Positions 7,958-16,756 of a stretch of DNA of 57,136 bases are shown one piece after another. The position numbers were made by a program, and so were the translations under genes. How positions within the stretch are numbered: the stretch's first letter is position 1; each line of letters opens with the position of its first letter. The stretch is from the IMG/VR virus record IMGVR_UViG_3300037307_000387, positions 1-57,136 of that record; one strand, given 5' to 3'. Under the pieces are notes generated by a model that was not told the DNA's origin, searched no databases, and was given only the letters and a program-made list of their open reading frames with translations. This stretch comes from a virus (lineage: Duplodnaviria > Caudoviricetes).

Positions 7958-9448
7958 ATGAGGACGCTGATCGAGGTCGTGCAGGACGCGAGGGACGCCG
8001 GGACGCCGCTGCTGGCCGTGACGACGACGGACCAGCAGGCTGCCGTGTCGGCCATCTGCAAGGCGAGCAACGGCGCGCCCAAGCTCGCGTGGGACGCCGT
8101 GCGCGGGATCATCCCGCTCAACGAGACGGCGAAGACGTTCTGCAAGTCGAAGTGGGCCGACGACGCCCAACGCGCGATGGAGACGGCCAACCCGCAGACG
8201 GCCCTCGAGGTGGCGGGCCGGCTGCCCGACGACTCCCAGTTCTTCGCCCTCAACGCTCACCGCTTCGTGCAGGACGCCTTCTTCTCGACCGCGGTGCTGG
8301 CGCTGCGCGACACGAACAAGCTGACGGGCCGCACGCTCATCCTGCTCGGCCCCGCCTTCGACCTGCCCGCCGAGCTTCAGCAGGACGTGGTCGTCATCGA
8401 CGACCCGATCCCGACCGACGCGGCGCTGCGCGAGAAGATCGCGAAGCTCTCCTCGGCGAACGGCCTCGCGGTGCCCGACGACGTGCTCGACCGCGCGGTC
8501 GACGCGACGCGCGGGCTGAGCCTCTTCGGCTGCGAGCAGGTGACCGCGATGTCGCTCCGCAAGGTCGGCATCGACCTCGACTCGCTGTGGGAGCGCAAGC
8601 GAACGCAGATCAGCCAGACGAAGGGGCTCAGCCTCCAGCGCACCGGCCCGTCGCTCGACGACATCGGCGGCAACGCCGCGATCTGCACCTACGGCCGGCG
8701 CGTCGTCGCCGGCAAGCAGCCGCCCCGCGCCCTCTACCTCGTCGACGAGATCGAGAAGTACATGGCCGGCTCGGGCTCTGGCGGCGACTCCTCGGGCGTC
8801 TCGGCCGACTACCTCGGCGTGCTGCTGCGCGAGATGGAGGACAACGGGCACGACGGCCTGATCTGCGTGTCGCCCCCGGGATGCGGCAAGACGATGTTCG
8901 CCCGCGCGCTGGCCGTCAGCGCGAAGCTGCCGCTGCTTCAGTTCGACTTCGGCGCGATGAAGGGCCGCTACGTCGGCGACTCCGAGGGCGCGATCCGGCA
9001 GGCGTTCAAGGTGGCGAACGGCGTGGCCGCGGGCCGCGCGCTCGTCGTCGCCACCTGCAACCGCCTCGACTCGCTGCCGCCCGAGCTGCGCCGTCGCTTC
9101 ACGAACGGCATCTGGTACTTCGACCTCCCCGACGCGCAGGAGCGCCTCGCGATCTGGAAGCTCCAGATCGCCGCGCACGGCCTCAGCGCTTCGCCGGCCG
9201 GCGTCACCTTCGACGAGGGCTGGACGGGCGCGGAGATCCGCAACTGCTGCCGCATCGCCTCGCGCCTCGACATCCCGCTCGCCGAGGCCGCGTCCTACGT
9301 CGTGCCCGTCAGCCAGAGCGACCCGAACAGCATCGAGGCGCTCCGCACGCTGGCCGAGGGCCGGTTCCTTTCGGCGAACCGCCCGGGTACCTACACGCGC
9401 GCCATCGCGCCGGAGGGCGGCGAGCGTCGCGTGCGCCGCGAGTCGTGA
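7958..9448 (+). CDS. Ycf46/SpoVK-type AAA+ ATPase with permuted Walker motif order
   Basis: Ycf46-like N-terminal inactive domain; SLDDIGG, LYLVDEIEK, SPPGCGKT, pore loop RYVGDSE, sensor-1 VVATCN, LPPELRRRF, FDLPDAQER. Confidence 0.9.
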   Translation: MRTLIEVVQDARDAGTPLLAVTTTDQQAAVSAICKASNGAPKLAWDAVRGIIPLNETAKTFCKSKWADDAQRAMETANPQTALEVAGRLPDDSQFFALNAHRFVQDAFFSTAVLALRDTNKLTGRTLILLGPAFDLPAELQQDVVVIDDPIPTDAALREKIAKLSSANGLAVPDDVLDRAVDATRGLSLFGCEQVTAMSLRKVGIDLDSLWERKRTQISQTKGLSLQRTGPSLDDIGGNAAICTYGRRVVAGKQPPRALYLVDEIEKYMAGSGSGGDSSGVSADYLGVLLREMEDNGHDGLICVSPPGCGKTMFARALAVSAKLPLLQFDFGAMKGRYVGDSEGAIRQAFKVANGVAAGRALVVATCNRLDSLPPELRRRFTNGIWYFDLPDAQERLAIWKLQIAAHGLSASPAGVTFDEGWTGAEIRNCCRIASRLDIPLAEAASYVVPVSQSDPNSIEALRTLAEGRFLSANRPGTYTRAIAPEGGERRVRRES

Positions 9449-9810
9449 TCCTCCTCCGGCGCGTGCGGCTGGAGTTCAAGGCCGGCTCGTCCGACAAGTT
9501 CTACCTCGCAGAGGCCTACGAGAACCCCGACGGTACCGCCCAGCTCTCCTTTCGGTGGGGCCGGCGCGGCTCCGTCGGGCAGGAGAAGGTCGAGGAGTGC
9601 GACACGGTCGGCTATGCCTTGTGGGCGCTGGTCCAGAAGGTCGAGGAGAAGCGCAACGGCGGCTACGTCGTCGTCGAGGACCGCAGGGGCTACGGCGCGC
9701 TGCGAAGGCCGGTCGCTCGCGCGGCATCCGATCCGCGCAACGACCGGCGGGATGTGACGGCCGACGCCGTGTTCCCGATGGACGGTGAACGCAGGGTGAG
9801 GCTCAAGTAG
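9445..9810 (+). CDS. WGR-domain protein
   Basis: GSSDKFY...FRWGRRGSVGQ...EKRNGGY; GTGA overlap with the ATPase stop. Confidence 0.85.
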   Translation: MILLRRVRLEFKAGSSDKFYLAEAYENPDGTAQLSFRWGRRGSVGQEKVEECDTVGYALWALVQKVEEKRNGGYVVVEDRRGYGALRRPVARAASDPRNDRRDVTADAVFPMDGERRVRLK

Positions 9811-9821
9811 GGAGGTGCGAG

Positions 9822-10145
9822 ATGCCGTGCGATCAGGTGAGAACGACGACGCTCAAGGCTCCAGCCGCGAACGTCGAGACGATGGCCGAGGCGCTGCGCT
9901 CGCTCGGCTACTACGCCGTGGTGACGCGCGCCGGGACGATCGGGGTGAGCCGCGACAGCCTGCGCGGCGAGTGGGCTGCCGGCAAGCTGACCCTCTACGG
10001 CAACGTCGATGCGAGCGCGGAGACGAGCGCGCTGGCGAAAGCCTACGCCAAGCAGTCGATCATCCAGACGGCGAAGCGGCAGGGCTGGCAGCTGCGCTTC
10101 AAGGCCGACGGCGACATCGAGGCCACGCGCCGGAGCTTCGCATGA
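9822..10145 (+). CDS. DUF1257/Ycf35-like protein
   Basis: GGAGGT RBS; MAEALRSLGY...LAKAYAKQSIIQTAKRQGW pattern; next to a Ycf46-type ATPase. Confidence 0.6.
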   Translation: MPCDQVRTTTLKAPAANVETMAEALRSLGYYAVVTRAGTIGVSRDSLRGEWAAGKLTLYGNVDASAETSALAKAYAKQSIIQTAKRQGWQLRFKADGDIEATRRSFA

Positions 10146-10300
10146 GCGTCTGGCTGGCGCTCGGCTACCTCACCGCTTGGCTCGTCGTCGCGATCGCGAT
10201 CGGCGTGCTCGTCGGTCACTTCATGGCGCGCGTCGAGTACGAGGAGGACCGCCGGACCATCGAGAGGCTGCGCCGCGAGCAGCGGCGGGGGAGAGACTGA
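10142..10300 (+). CDS. Small single-pass membrane protein
   Basis: ATGA overlap; hydrophobic N-terminal half and charged tail. Confidence 0.6.
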   Translation: MSVWLALGYLTAWLVVAIAIGVLVGHFMARVEYEEDRRTIERLRREQRRGRD

Positions 10301-10301
10301 C

Positions 10302-10502
10302 ATGGAAGACAAGATCACGTTCAGGGTGCTGGATGACGGCACCGTCCGCATCACGAGCCCGCGCATCAGCGGCGCGAACCACGCCTCGGCCGACGCGCTC
10401 GTCAAGGGTGTCGAGGGGCTCATGGCCGGCGACACGACCGTCCACCGCCGCACCGACCACGCGCACGCGCACGCCCACAACCACGAGCACTCGAAGAACT
10501 GA
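10302..10502 (+). CDS. DUF2997-like small protein with His-rich tail
   Basis: ITFRVLDDGTVRITSPRISG...ADALVKGVEGLMAG; HAHAHAHNHEH tail. Confidence 0.6.
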   Translation: MEDKITFRVLDDGTVRITSPRISGANHASADALVKGVEGLMAGDTTVHRRTDHAHAHAHNHEHSKN

Positions 10503-10515
10503 AAGGAGAGAGACG

Positions 10516-11499
10516 ATGACGAAGAAGAAGCCGTCCACGTCCACGAGGAAGCCCGAGCCCGCCACCCTCACCCCGACAGAGCGCGTTGCTGAGGGGACGT
10601 TCGTCCTCAACCTCACCGCACACGCCATTCGCACCAGCGCCCGCGTCAAGCGCGAGCAGGTCATCAAGATGGCCTCCGCCCTCTCGACCGACGAGGCGGC
10701 CCAGCGCGAGGGGGCCGACGAACTGTACGTCTCGAAAGAGCTACTGCGAGTCCCCGAGGTGGCCGCGATCATCAAGCAGATCGAGGACACCCGCTGGCTC
10801 ATCCGCAGCTCCGCCCTGCCCGTCCGCTTCCTCAAGGGCGGCCTGTACCTCTACCCCGTCACCAAGGTGGAGTGGGTCGAGGGGGAGCTGGCGAGGGCGC
10901 GGGTGCGGATCTCCGAGCTGTTCTCCGCGCTGGAGCCGCGGTGGGAGGAGATCCTCCGCGAGGACGAGGCTCGCCTCTCGCCCCTCGGCCTGTTCGACCC
11001 CGCCGACTACCCCACCCTGTCGTCCATCCGCGAGGCGACCCTCATCCGGCACAGCTGGCTTCGCTTCGAGGTGCCCACCAGCCTCAAGTCCATCAGCGTC
11101 GCCGTCTTCGAGGCTGAGCGCGAGAAGGCGAAGGCAATGTGGGCCGACGCGGTCGATCAGATCCGCTCCACCTACGCCACCACCCTGAACGACTTCATCA
11201 CCCGGCTGAAGGCTGCCATCATCCCATCCGAGGACGGCACGAAGCGCATCCTGCGGCAGTCGGTGGTCGAGAGGATGAAGCAGTTCCTTTCCGACTACAG
11301 GCTGCAGGACGTGACCGGCTTCGAGGAGCTGGCGACGCTGGTCGACAAGGCAAAGGCCGCGCTGGACGGGATCGACGCTGAGGTGCTGCGGACGGAGACG
11401 GACGCCCGAGAGCGCGTCTCGGTGGTGATGCAGGAGATCAGCGCGGAACTCGAACCGCTCGTCGACGAGGTCGTCCGCAAGGTCAACATCAACAAGTAG
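10516..11499 (+). CDS. DUF3150/DUF932-like helical protein
   Basis: AAAGGAG RBS; VSKELL...GGLYLYP...LFDPADYP pattern; long coiled C-terminus. Confidence 0.55.
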   Translation: MTKKKPSTSTRKPEPATLTPTERVAEGTFVLNLTAHAIRTSARVKREQVIKMASALSTDEAAQREGADELYVSKELLRVPEVAAIIKQIEDTRWLIRSSALPVRFLKGGLYLYPVTKVEWVEGELARARVRISELFSALEPRWEEILREDEARLSPLGLFDPADYPTLSSIREATLIRHSWLRFEVPTSLKSISVAVFEAEREKAKAMWADAVDQIRSTYATTLNDFITRLKAAIIPSEDGTKRILRQSVVERMKQFLSDYRLQDVTGFEELATLVDKAKAALDGIDAEVLRTETDARERVSVVMQEISAELEPLVDEVVRKVNINK

Positions 11500-11509
11500 G
11501 GGGGGTTCT

Positions 11510-11764
11510 GTGGCAAAGCCCAACAACAACCGCGGCGAACTGCTTCGTCGCGTCAGGAAGTTTCTCGGCCTAACGCAGGGGGGGATGGCCGAGAAGATGT
11601 GCGTCAGCGAGGCAACCCTCTCGCAGTACGAGACGGGCGCTGTGCCGCTCCCCACCTACAGGCTCGACACGCTGGAGGTGCTGGTGACGGACGCGAAGGA
11701 CAGCCCGACGCTCCTCCTCAACGACATCAGGAGGGAGCGCGGCAATGACGACATCGACGCCTAA
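11510..11764 (+). CDS. XRE-family HTH regulator
   Basis: LRRVRKFLGLTQGGMAEKMCVSEATLSQYETG. Confidence 0.9.
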   Translation: MAKPNNNRGELLRRVRKFLGLTQGGMAEKMCVSEATLSQYETGAVPLPTYRLDTLEVLVTDAKDSPTLLLNDIRRERGNDDIDA

Positions 11765-12032
11765 GCTCGATTGCCGCCCTGTCAATCCGCACAGCCCCCC
11801 GCCGCTCGCCGACATCGAGAGGTGGCTCCTGCGCCGGCTAAACGACGGCACCGGCCGCCCCTGCTGGCTCATCCGGCTCAAGGAGTCAGGGCTCGTTTGC
11901 TCGCTCTACTGCGGCGACCTCGCCGCGCTTCCGATGGCGGGCGGTCCCTTCACGATGCAGCGCGCGCTGCTCGGGCTCAACGGGCAGGTGACCTACGGCC
12001 CCGAGTGCGCGCTACCGGAGGCGACGACATGA
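11745..12032 (+). CDS. Hypothetical protein
   Basis: Overlaps both neighbours in the operon. Confidence 0.55.
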   Translation: MTTSTPKLDCRPVNPHSPPPLADIERWLLRRLNDGTGRPCWLIRLKESGLVCSLYCGDLAALPMAGGPFTMQRALLGLNGQVTYGPECALPEATT

Positions 12033-12436
12033 TCAGCTTCGAGCGGACGACGTGCGCGTGCCAAAAGTGTGTCGAATGCTGCAAGCGCAAGCCCGGACCG
12101 CTGATCCTCTCCGACTTGGAGCGGCTCCGCGAGGCCGGAATCAACGCGGGCGACACGCTCGTCCAGTCGGAGGGCGGCATCTATGGAGCGGTGATCAACG
12201 GCCGCTTGCGCTTCATCCGCGTCCCGACAATCACGCCGCGTCGCGTGAACGGCCGGTGCATCTTTCTCGCCGCGGATCGCTGCCTCATCCACGACATTGC
12301 CCCGTTCGGCTGCGCCTACTTCGATACCCACATGCCAACGACGGAGTGGCGGCGGCGATCGATCGCGATGGCGAGCGATCAGGCCAGACCCGAATACCAG
12401 AGAGCGCGCGAACTGCTCAGAAAGGAGGGTGCATGA
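12029..12436 (+). CDS. YkgJ-like (CxxCxxCC) Fe-S/Zn cluster protein
   Basis: CACQKCVECC...RCIFL...CLIHDIAPFGCAYF. Confidence 0.75.
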   Translation: MISFERTTCACQKCVECCKRKPGPLILSDLERLREAGINAGDTLVQSEGGIYGAVINGRLRFIRVPTITPRRVNGRCIFLAADRCLIHDIAPFGCAYFDTHMPTTEWRRRSIAMASDQARPEYQRARELLRKEGA

Positions 12437-12630
12437 GACTGCGCGTCCGGCTCGAGGAGGGCCGCTATCCGCCGGTGACGGTCGCGTTCGCCGACACCAT
12501 CGAGGAGGCGCGGCGCATCGCGCTGACGACGATGGTGAGCGCGAGCCGCCCGTGCGCCACCGTCATCACCACCGACGACTACCACGAGATCGAGCGCCGC
12601 AGCACCGAGGCGCTATGGGAGGCACCATGA
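12433..12630 (+). CDS. Hypothetical protein
   Basis: AAGGAGG RBS; ATGA overlaps at both ends. Confidence 0.65.
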   Translation: MRLRVRLEEGRYPPVTVAFADTIEEARRIALTTMVSASRPCATVITTDDYHEIERRSTEALWEAP

Positions 12631-13517
12631 GGCGCTGGTCGAACTCGATGCTGTACACCGCGCAGCAGTGCGGCGAGCGCTTTCGCCGCAAGTACATCGA
12701 GCGCGACTTCCGGCCGAGCGGCATCCGCGCCAAGCGCGGCATCGCCGTCCACAAGGTCGCCGGCAAGTCGCACGTCCGGCAGCTGGCCGGCAAGGAGCGC
12801 GGCGACCCGCGCGAGGTCTACCTCGATGCCGTGCTGTCGGACGAGGAGGCGAAGGACGTGGCCGCGACCGAGTTCGACCACTCGGTCAAGGAGTACGGCG
12901 TCGCGTGGAGCGACGACGAGAAGGCGGTCGGCGTCGAGAAGGTGGCCGGCGAGGAGAAGGACACGGCGGTGCGAATGGCGGGCTACTACGTCGGCAAGGT
13001 CGCGCGCGGCGTCGATCCGCTGGCTGTCGAGCGCTCGCTGACGATCAAGCCGGCGGGGCTCGATGTCGAGATCCTCGGCATCATCGACCTCGTCGGCGAG
13101 GAGCCCGCGCCGGCCCTCGACCCGTTCGCCGAGGAGCCCGAGCGCCGCGTGAGGGGCGTCAACATCGAGGTCGTCCACGACCTCAAGACGAGCGACAAGC
13201 GCCCCCGCGAGGACGCGATCGACTCCAATCAGCAGCTGACGATGTACTCGCTGCTGCGCGCGGCGCAGACAGGGAAGCCGCCCGACCGCGTGCGCCTGAC
13301 GACGCTCGTCAACTCGCGGCAGGGGGTCGTGACGGTGACGCAGACGGGCACGCGCTCGCTCGAAGACCTCAATGCCGTCGCCGCGAGGATCGACGCGAGC
13401 ATCCGCATGGTCGAGGCCGGCGCGTTCGTGCCCGCGAACCCGGATGCGTGGTGGTGCAGCGAGAAGTTCTGCGAGTACTGGTCCGAGTGCAAGTTCGCGC
13501 TCGGGCGCAAGCGATGA
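12627..13517 (+). CDS. PD-(D/E)XK (RecB/Cas4-like) exonuclease
   Basis: SNSML...QCGERF, GIAVH, VE, GIIDLV, DLKT, QLTMY, C-terminal WWCSEKFCEYWSEC. Confidence 0.85.
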   Translation: MRRWSNSMLYTAQQCGERFRRKYIERDFRPSGIRAKRGIAVHKVAGKSHVRQLAGKERGDPREVYLDAVLSDEEAKDVAATEFDHSVKEYGVAWSDDEKAVGVEKVAGEEKDTAVRMAGYYVGKVARGVDPLAVERSLTIKPAGLDVEILGIIDLVGEEPAPALDPFAEEPERRVRGVNIEVVHDLKTSDKRPREDAIDSNQQLTMYSLLRAAQTGKPPDRVRLTTLVNSRQGVVTVTQTGTRSLEDLNAVAARIDASIRMVEAGAFVPANPDAWWCSEKFCEYWSECKFALGRKR

Positions 13518-13553
13518 GAGAGAGCAGCACGCGGGAAGGCATGGAGGTGCCTG

Positions 13554-14420
13554 ATGAACAATACGATTCAGCCGGGTGAGGTTCGTTTGATGACGCTGGA
13601 GCAGCTGGCGGCCCTGAACGTGGACTACGCTCGCGACGGCGGATACCAGCGCGACAGGTCCGAGAAGGAGATCGCCCTCATCCGCGCCCGCTACGGGCCG
13701 CTCTCCGAGCGGAAGTGGCTGCCGTACGTCATAGTGGGCCGGCGCGCCGACGGCGACTACTGCATCGACGGCAACGGGCGTCGTCTGTGCGCCATCGCGG
13801 AGGGGACGCCGCTATGGGTCGTGATCGTTCCCGGCACGACCACGCGCGAGATCGAACGCGGCCTGTTCTGCTGGATCAACGGCGGCGGGAAGGAAGTGAC
13901 CAAGGTCGAATTGGTCCGCGCTCACGACGGCCTCATCGCAACGGCCGTCCGCGAGATGCATTCCACCACGCTGCCTCAGATCTCGTGGCAGAAGTCGGGC
14001 GGGCTGCGCGGTGACGACACCTTGGGCCACATCAAGGCCGACCTCGCGGCCTCGGTGATCTTCACGGGGGCGACGGGGGAGATCGCCTCCAAGGTGTATC
14101 CGCGCGTGCTGGAGGCCACGGAGGTCAAGACCAAGGTGCAGCGAACGATGGGCTGCTGCGCTCTGCTGAACGTGTGCGAGGTGTTCGCCGACCAGCGGAT
14201 CTACCGCGAGCCGGCGCTCGTCGTGGCTGAGGCCACCTTCCACCGGGGTGGGCGGCGCTTCACGAAAGACGAGATCGACGCGCTGCACTCGCTGCCGTGG
14301 CTGAAGCAGAAGGACAAGGGCGAAGCTCGGAGCAATTTCAACTGGGACAAGCTGCGCCGCATGGTGCGCAACGCGCTCGACGCCAAGCAGCATCGGACCC
14401 CGCCGCGGCGTAGCGCCTAG
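13554..14420 (+). CDS. ParB/DGQHR-like domain protein
   Basis: YQR motif and YCIDGNGR (variant of IDGQHR), E..LF..IN; GGAGGT RBS. Confidence 0.6.
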   Translation: MNNTIQPGEVRLMTLEQLAALNVDYARDGGYQRDRSEKEIALIRARYGPLSERKWLPYVIVGRRADGDYCIDGNGRRLCAIAEGTPLWVVIVPGTTTREIERGLFCWINGGGKEVTKVELVRAHDGLIATAVREMHSTTLPQISWQKSGGLRGDDTLGHIKADLAASVIFTGATGEIASKVYPRVLEATEVKTKVQRTMGCCALLNVCEVFADQRIYREPALVVAEATFHRGGRRFTKDEIDALHSLPWLKQKDKGEARSNFNWDKLRRMVRNALDAKQHRTPPRRSA

Positions 14421-14613
14421 GATAATGATCGACTACGGCGTGAAGTGGGCGGCTCTCGCGCCCTCGGGAGAGATGCGCCGACTGCGGCGCGAACGAGCTG
14501 CACGACGAGGGGCGGCGGCTCATCATCGAGGTCCTGACGTGCACCGCTTGCGGGCGACGGGTCTGCAAGCGGTGCCACTTCAGGCACCTCATCGACGGGC
14601 ACAAGGAGAAGGC

Positions 14614-15513
14614 ATGAGCGAGACGAAGACGCTGGTGAAGCCGGACGAGAAGATGATCGCGACGCTGGAGAAGCTGAAGCCACAGCTGCGCGCGGCGCTG
14701 CCGCGCTCGATGGACGCGGACCGCTTCTCGCGCGTCGTGCTGACCGAGATCCGCCGCAACCCGAAGCTGCTGGAGTGCAACCCGCAGTCCTTCCTCGGGG
14801 CCGTCTTCACGGCGGCTCAGATCGGGCTGGAGATCGGCGGGCACCTCGGCGAGGCGTTCATCCTGCCGTTCAACAACCGCCGCAAGGGCACGGTCGAGGC
14901 GACGCTGGTCGTCGGCTACAAGGGACTCGTCAAGCTCATGTGGGAGAGCGAGCAGATCGCCTCGCTCTCCGAGGTCGTCGTCCACGCGAAGGACACGATC
15001 GAGTTCACGCGCGGCGACACCGAGGCGATCAAGCACGTCCCCTACGTCCCGCCCGTCGAGTTGCTGGCGAAGGTGGGCGGCGAGGGCTCGAAGCTCACGG
15101 CCGCCGAGAAGGAGGCGCTCGACCCGGGGCCGGCCGTCGCCTACTACGCGATCATCGAGATGAAGAACGGCGGTCGCCGCCGCGCCTTCATGTGGGTGAG
15201 CGAGGTGCAGCAGCACCGCGAGCGTTACGGCCGCGAGGGAGCCGACAGCGTGTGGGCGTCGAACTTCGACGCGATGGCGCTCAAGACGGTCATCCGCAAG
15301 GCCGCCAAGCTCGCCCCGCGCGCGGTCGAGCGCCCGTCGCTGCAGCAGGCGATCGCGCTCGACGAACTCGCGGAGGCCGGCGTCGGGCAGGAACTCATGC
15401 TGCCCGCCGAGGTGCAGCAGGCGATCGACGGCGGCTCGCCGGCCGCGGCCGGGCTGTCGCTCGCGTCGTTCACGGCCGGCGCGGTGGTCGAATCGAGGGA
15501 CGACACGAAGTAG
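14614..15513 (+). CDS. recT: RecT-family single-strand annealing protein
   Basis: ALPRSMDADRFSR...NPKLLECNPQSFLGAV...GEAFILPF...GYKGLVKL...W..NFDAMALKTVIRK. Confidence 0.92.
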   Translation: MSETKTLVKPDEKMIATLEKLKPQLRAALPRSMDADRFSRVVLTEIRRNPKLLECNPQSFLGAVFTAAQIGLEIGGHLGEAFILPFNNRRKGTVEATLVVGYKGLVKLMWESEQIASLSEVVVHAKDTIEFTRGDTEAIKHVPYVPPVELLAKVGGEGSKLTAAEKEALDPGPAVAYYAIIEMKNGGRRRAFMWVSEVQQHRERYGREGADSVWASNFDAMALKTVIRKAAKLAPRAVERPSLQQAIALDELAEAGVGQELMLPAEVQQAIDGGSPAAAGLSLASFTAGAVVESRDDTK

Positions 15514-15616
15514 CATCCCCGCTGGCGGCACAACAAGACGCCGGCCCCCGGCAGATGGGCTGCGCGGGGGCCGGTTGCTTGCGGGCGCGCCGTCCGGCAT
15601 GGAGGTGCCGGCCGAC

Positions 15617-16756
15617 ATGAGCAAGATACCACGTCAGTCGTCCGCTCCGGTCCACATCATTCCGTGGGCACCGGCAGATTTTCTCGGGAGCCGCACGCGC
15701 GCTCGCGCGATCCGCTCCAACGACCTCGCGCTGCGCGTCTTCTACCGCGAGGCCCTCGACGTGCTCTACATGCAGGGGGGGGTTATCGTCGCTGACGCGC
15801 TCGTCGACCTGCTGGCTTTCAGTGAGGCTGAGGTGCTGCGCTGCGTCGAGGCGTGCTGCTCGCTCGGGAGCCTCATCGCCGAGACCAAAGATGGCACGCC
15901 GCTGGCCCCGCCGTTCGTCTCTGAGCCGTCGGGTAGGCCAATCCCGCTCGATGAGATCGTGCTGCACAACTCTCGCGTGCTGAGAGAGTTAGCGACGATC
16001 CACGAGCGCCGCGAGCACATCGCTGATGTCGGTCGCAAGAGCGGGCACCTCGGTAAGCAGTTCGGCTTCCTCGGGGGTCCCTTCGGTGTGCTCGGTGGGA
16101 GGCCGCGGGGGAAACCCCCCCAAGACGGGGGTCTAACCCCCCCTCCATCTCCTTCTCCTTCTCCTTCTCCTTCTCCTTCTCCTTCCCCTTCCCCTTCTCC
16201 TTCTCCTAAGAAGACGACGTGGCTGACCCCCTACGGTGAGGCATGGCTCGCGGCGGTTGGAGGTGAGCCACCGTGGGAGCAGATGGCCAGAGAGTTCAAG
16301 AAGCCGCACGACCGCATCGGCGAGGAGGCGCTGCTCGTTGGCTGGAAGCACTACCTCGCGGAGACAGAGCCTCGCTTCGTGAGCCCGTCGGCGTTCGCGC
16401 GCCGTCTCGGCGCGTGGGTGAAGGTGCCGCCGCCGAAGCCATCGCCGAAGCCGAAGCTCCCGCCCGCGATCCCGGCCGTGCAGAAGCGGTGGCGCGAAGC
16501 GTGCGAGCGCGTCGATATGCCGCCGCACCTCAAGCGGACGTGGCTCTCGCCGACCGACGCGCGCTACCTCAGTGACGACGGCGGCCTGACCGTCGTCGTC
16601 CCGTCGAATCCGCACGCCGAGGCGCTACGCCGCTACGAGAAGCGGCTGATCGCCGCCTACAACAACGCCGAGCACTACACCGACTCGCCGGCGCGCTCGC
16701 TGGCGAGCATTCTCGTGATCCCGCAGGACGATGGCCTGCACGACGGAGGACTGTGA
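15617..16756 (+). CDS. Putative replication initiator (DUF1376/YdaU-like N-terminus, Ser-Pro linker, DnaA_N-like C-terminus)
   Basis: WAPADFLG...FYREALDVLY...LHNSRVLRE; (SP)n linker; position after recT. Confidence 0.6.
   Translation: MSKIPRQSSAPVHIIPWAPADFLGSRTRARAIRSNDLALRVFYREALDVLYMQGGVIVADALVDLLAFSEAEVLRCVEACCSLGSLIAETKDGTPLAPPFVSEPSGRPIPLDEIVLHNSRVLRELATIHERREHIADVGRKSGHLGKQFGFLGGPFGVLGGRPRGKPPQDGGLTPPPSPSPSPSPSPSPSPSPSPSPKKTTWLTPYGEAWLAAVGGEPPWEQMAREFKKPHDRIGEEALLVGWKHYLAETEPRFVSPSAFARRLGAWVKVPPPKPSPKPKLPPAIPAVQKRWREACERVDMPPHLKRTWLSPTDARYLSDDGGLTVVVPSNPHAEALRRYEKRLIAAYNNAEHYTDSPARSLASILVIPQDDGLHDGGL
16149..16207 (+). repeat. CCTTCT hexamer tandem repeat encoding (Ser-Pro)n
   Basis: About 10 imperfect copies, directly visible. 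Confidence 0.9.

Noticed and set aside
12627-13517. Cas4-like nuclease as a sign of CRISPR
   Set aside because: No repeat-spacer array or other cas genes seen; it sits near recT as a phage recombination exonuclease
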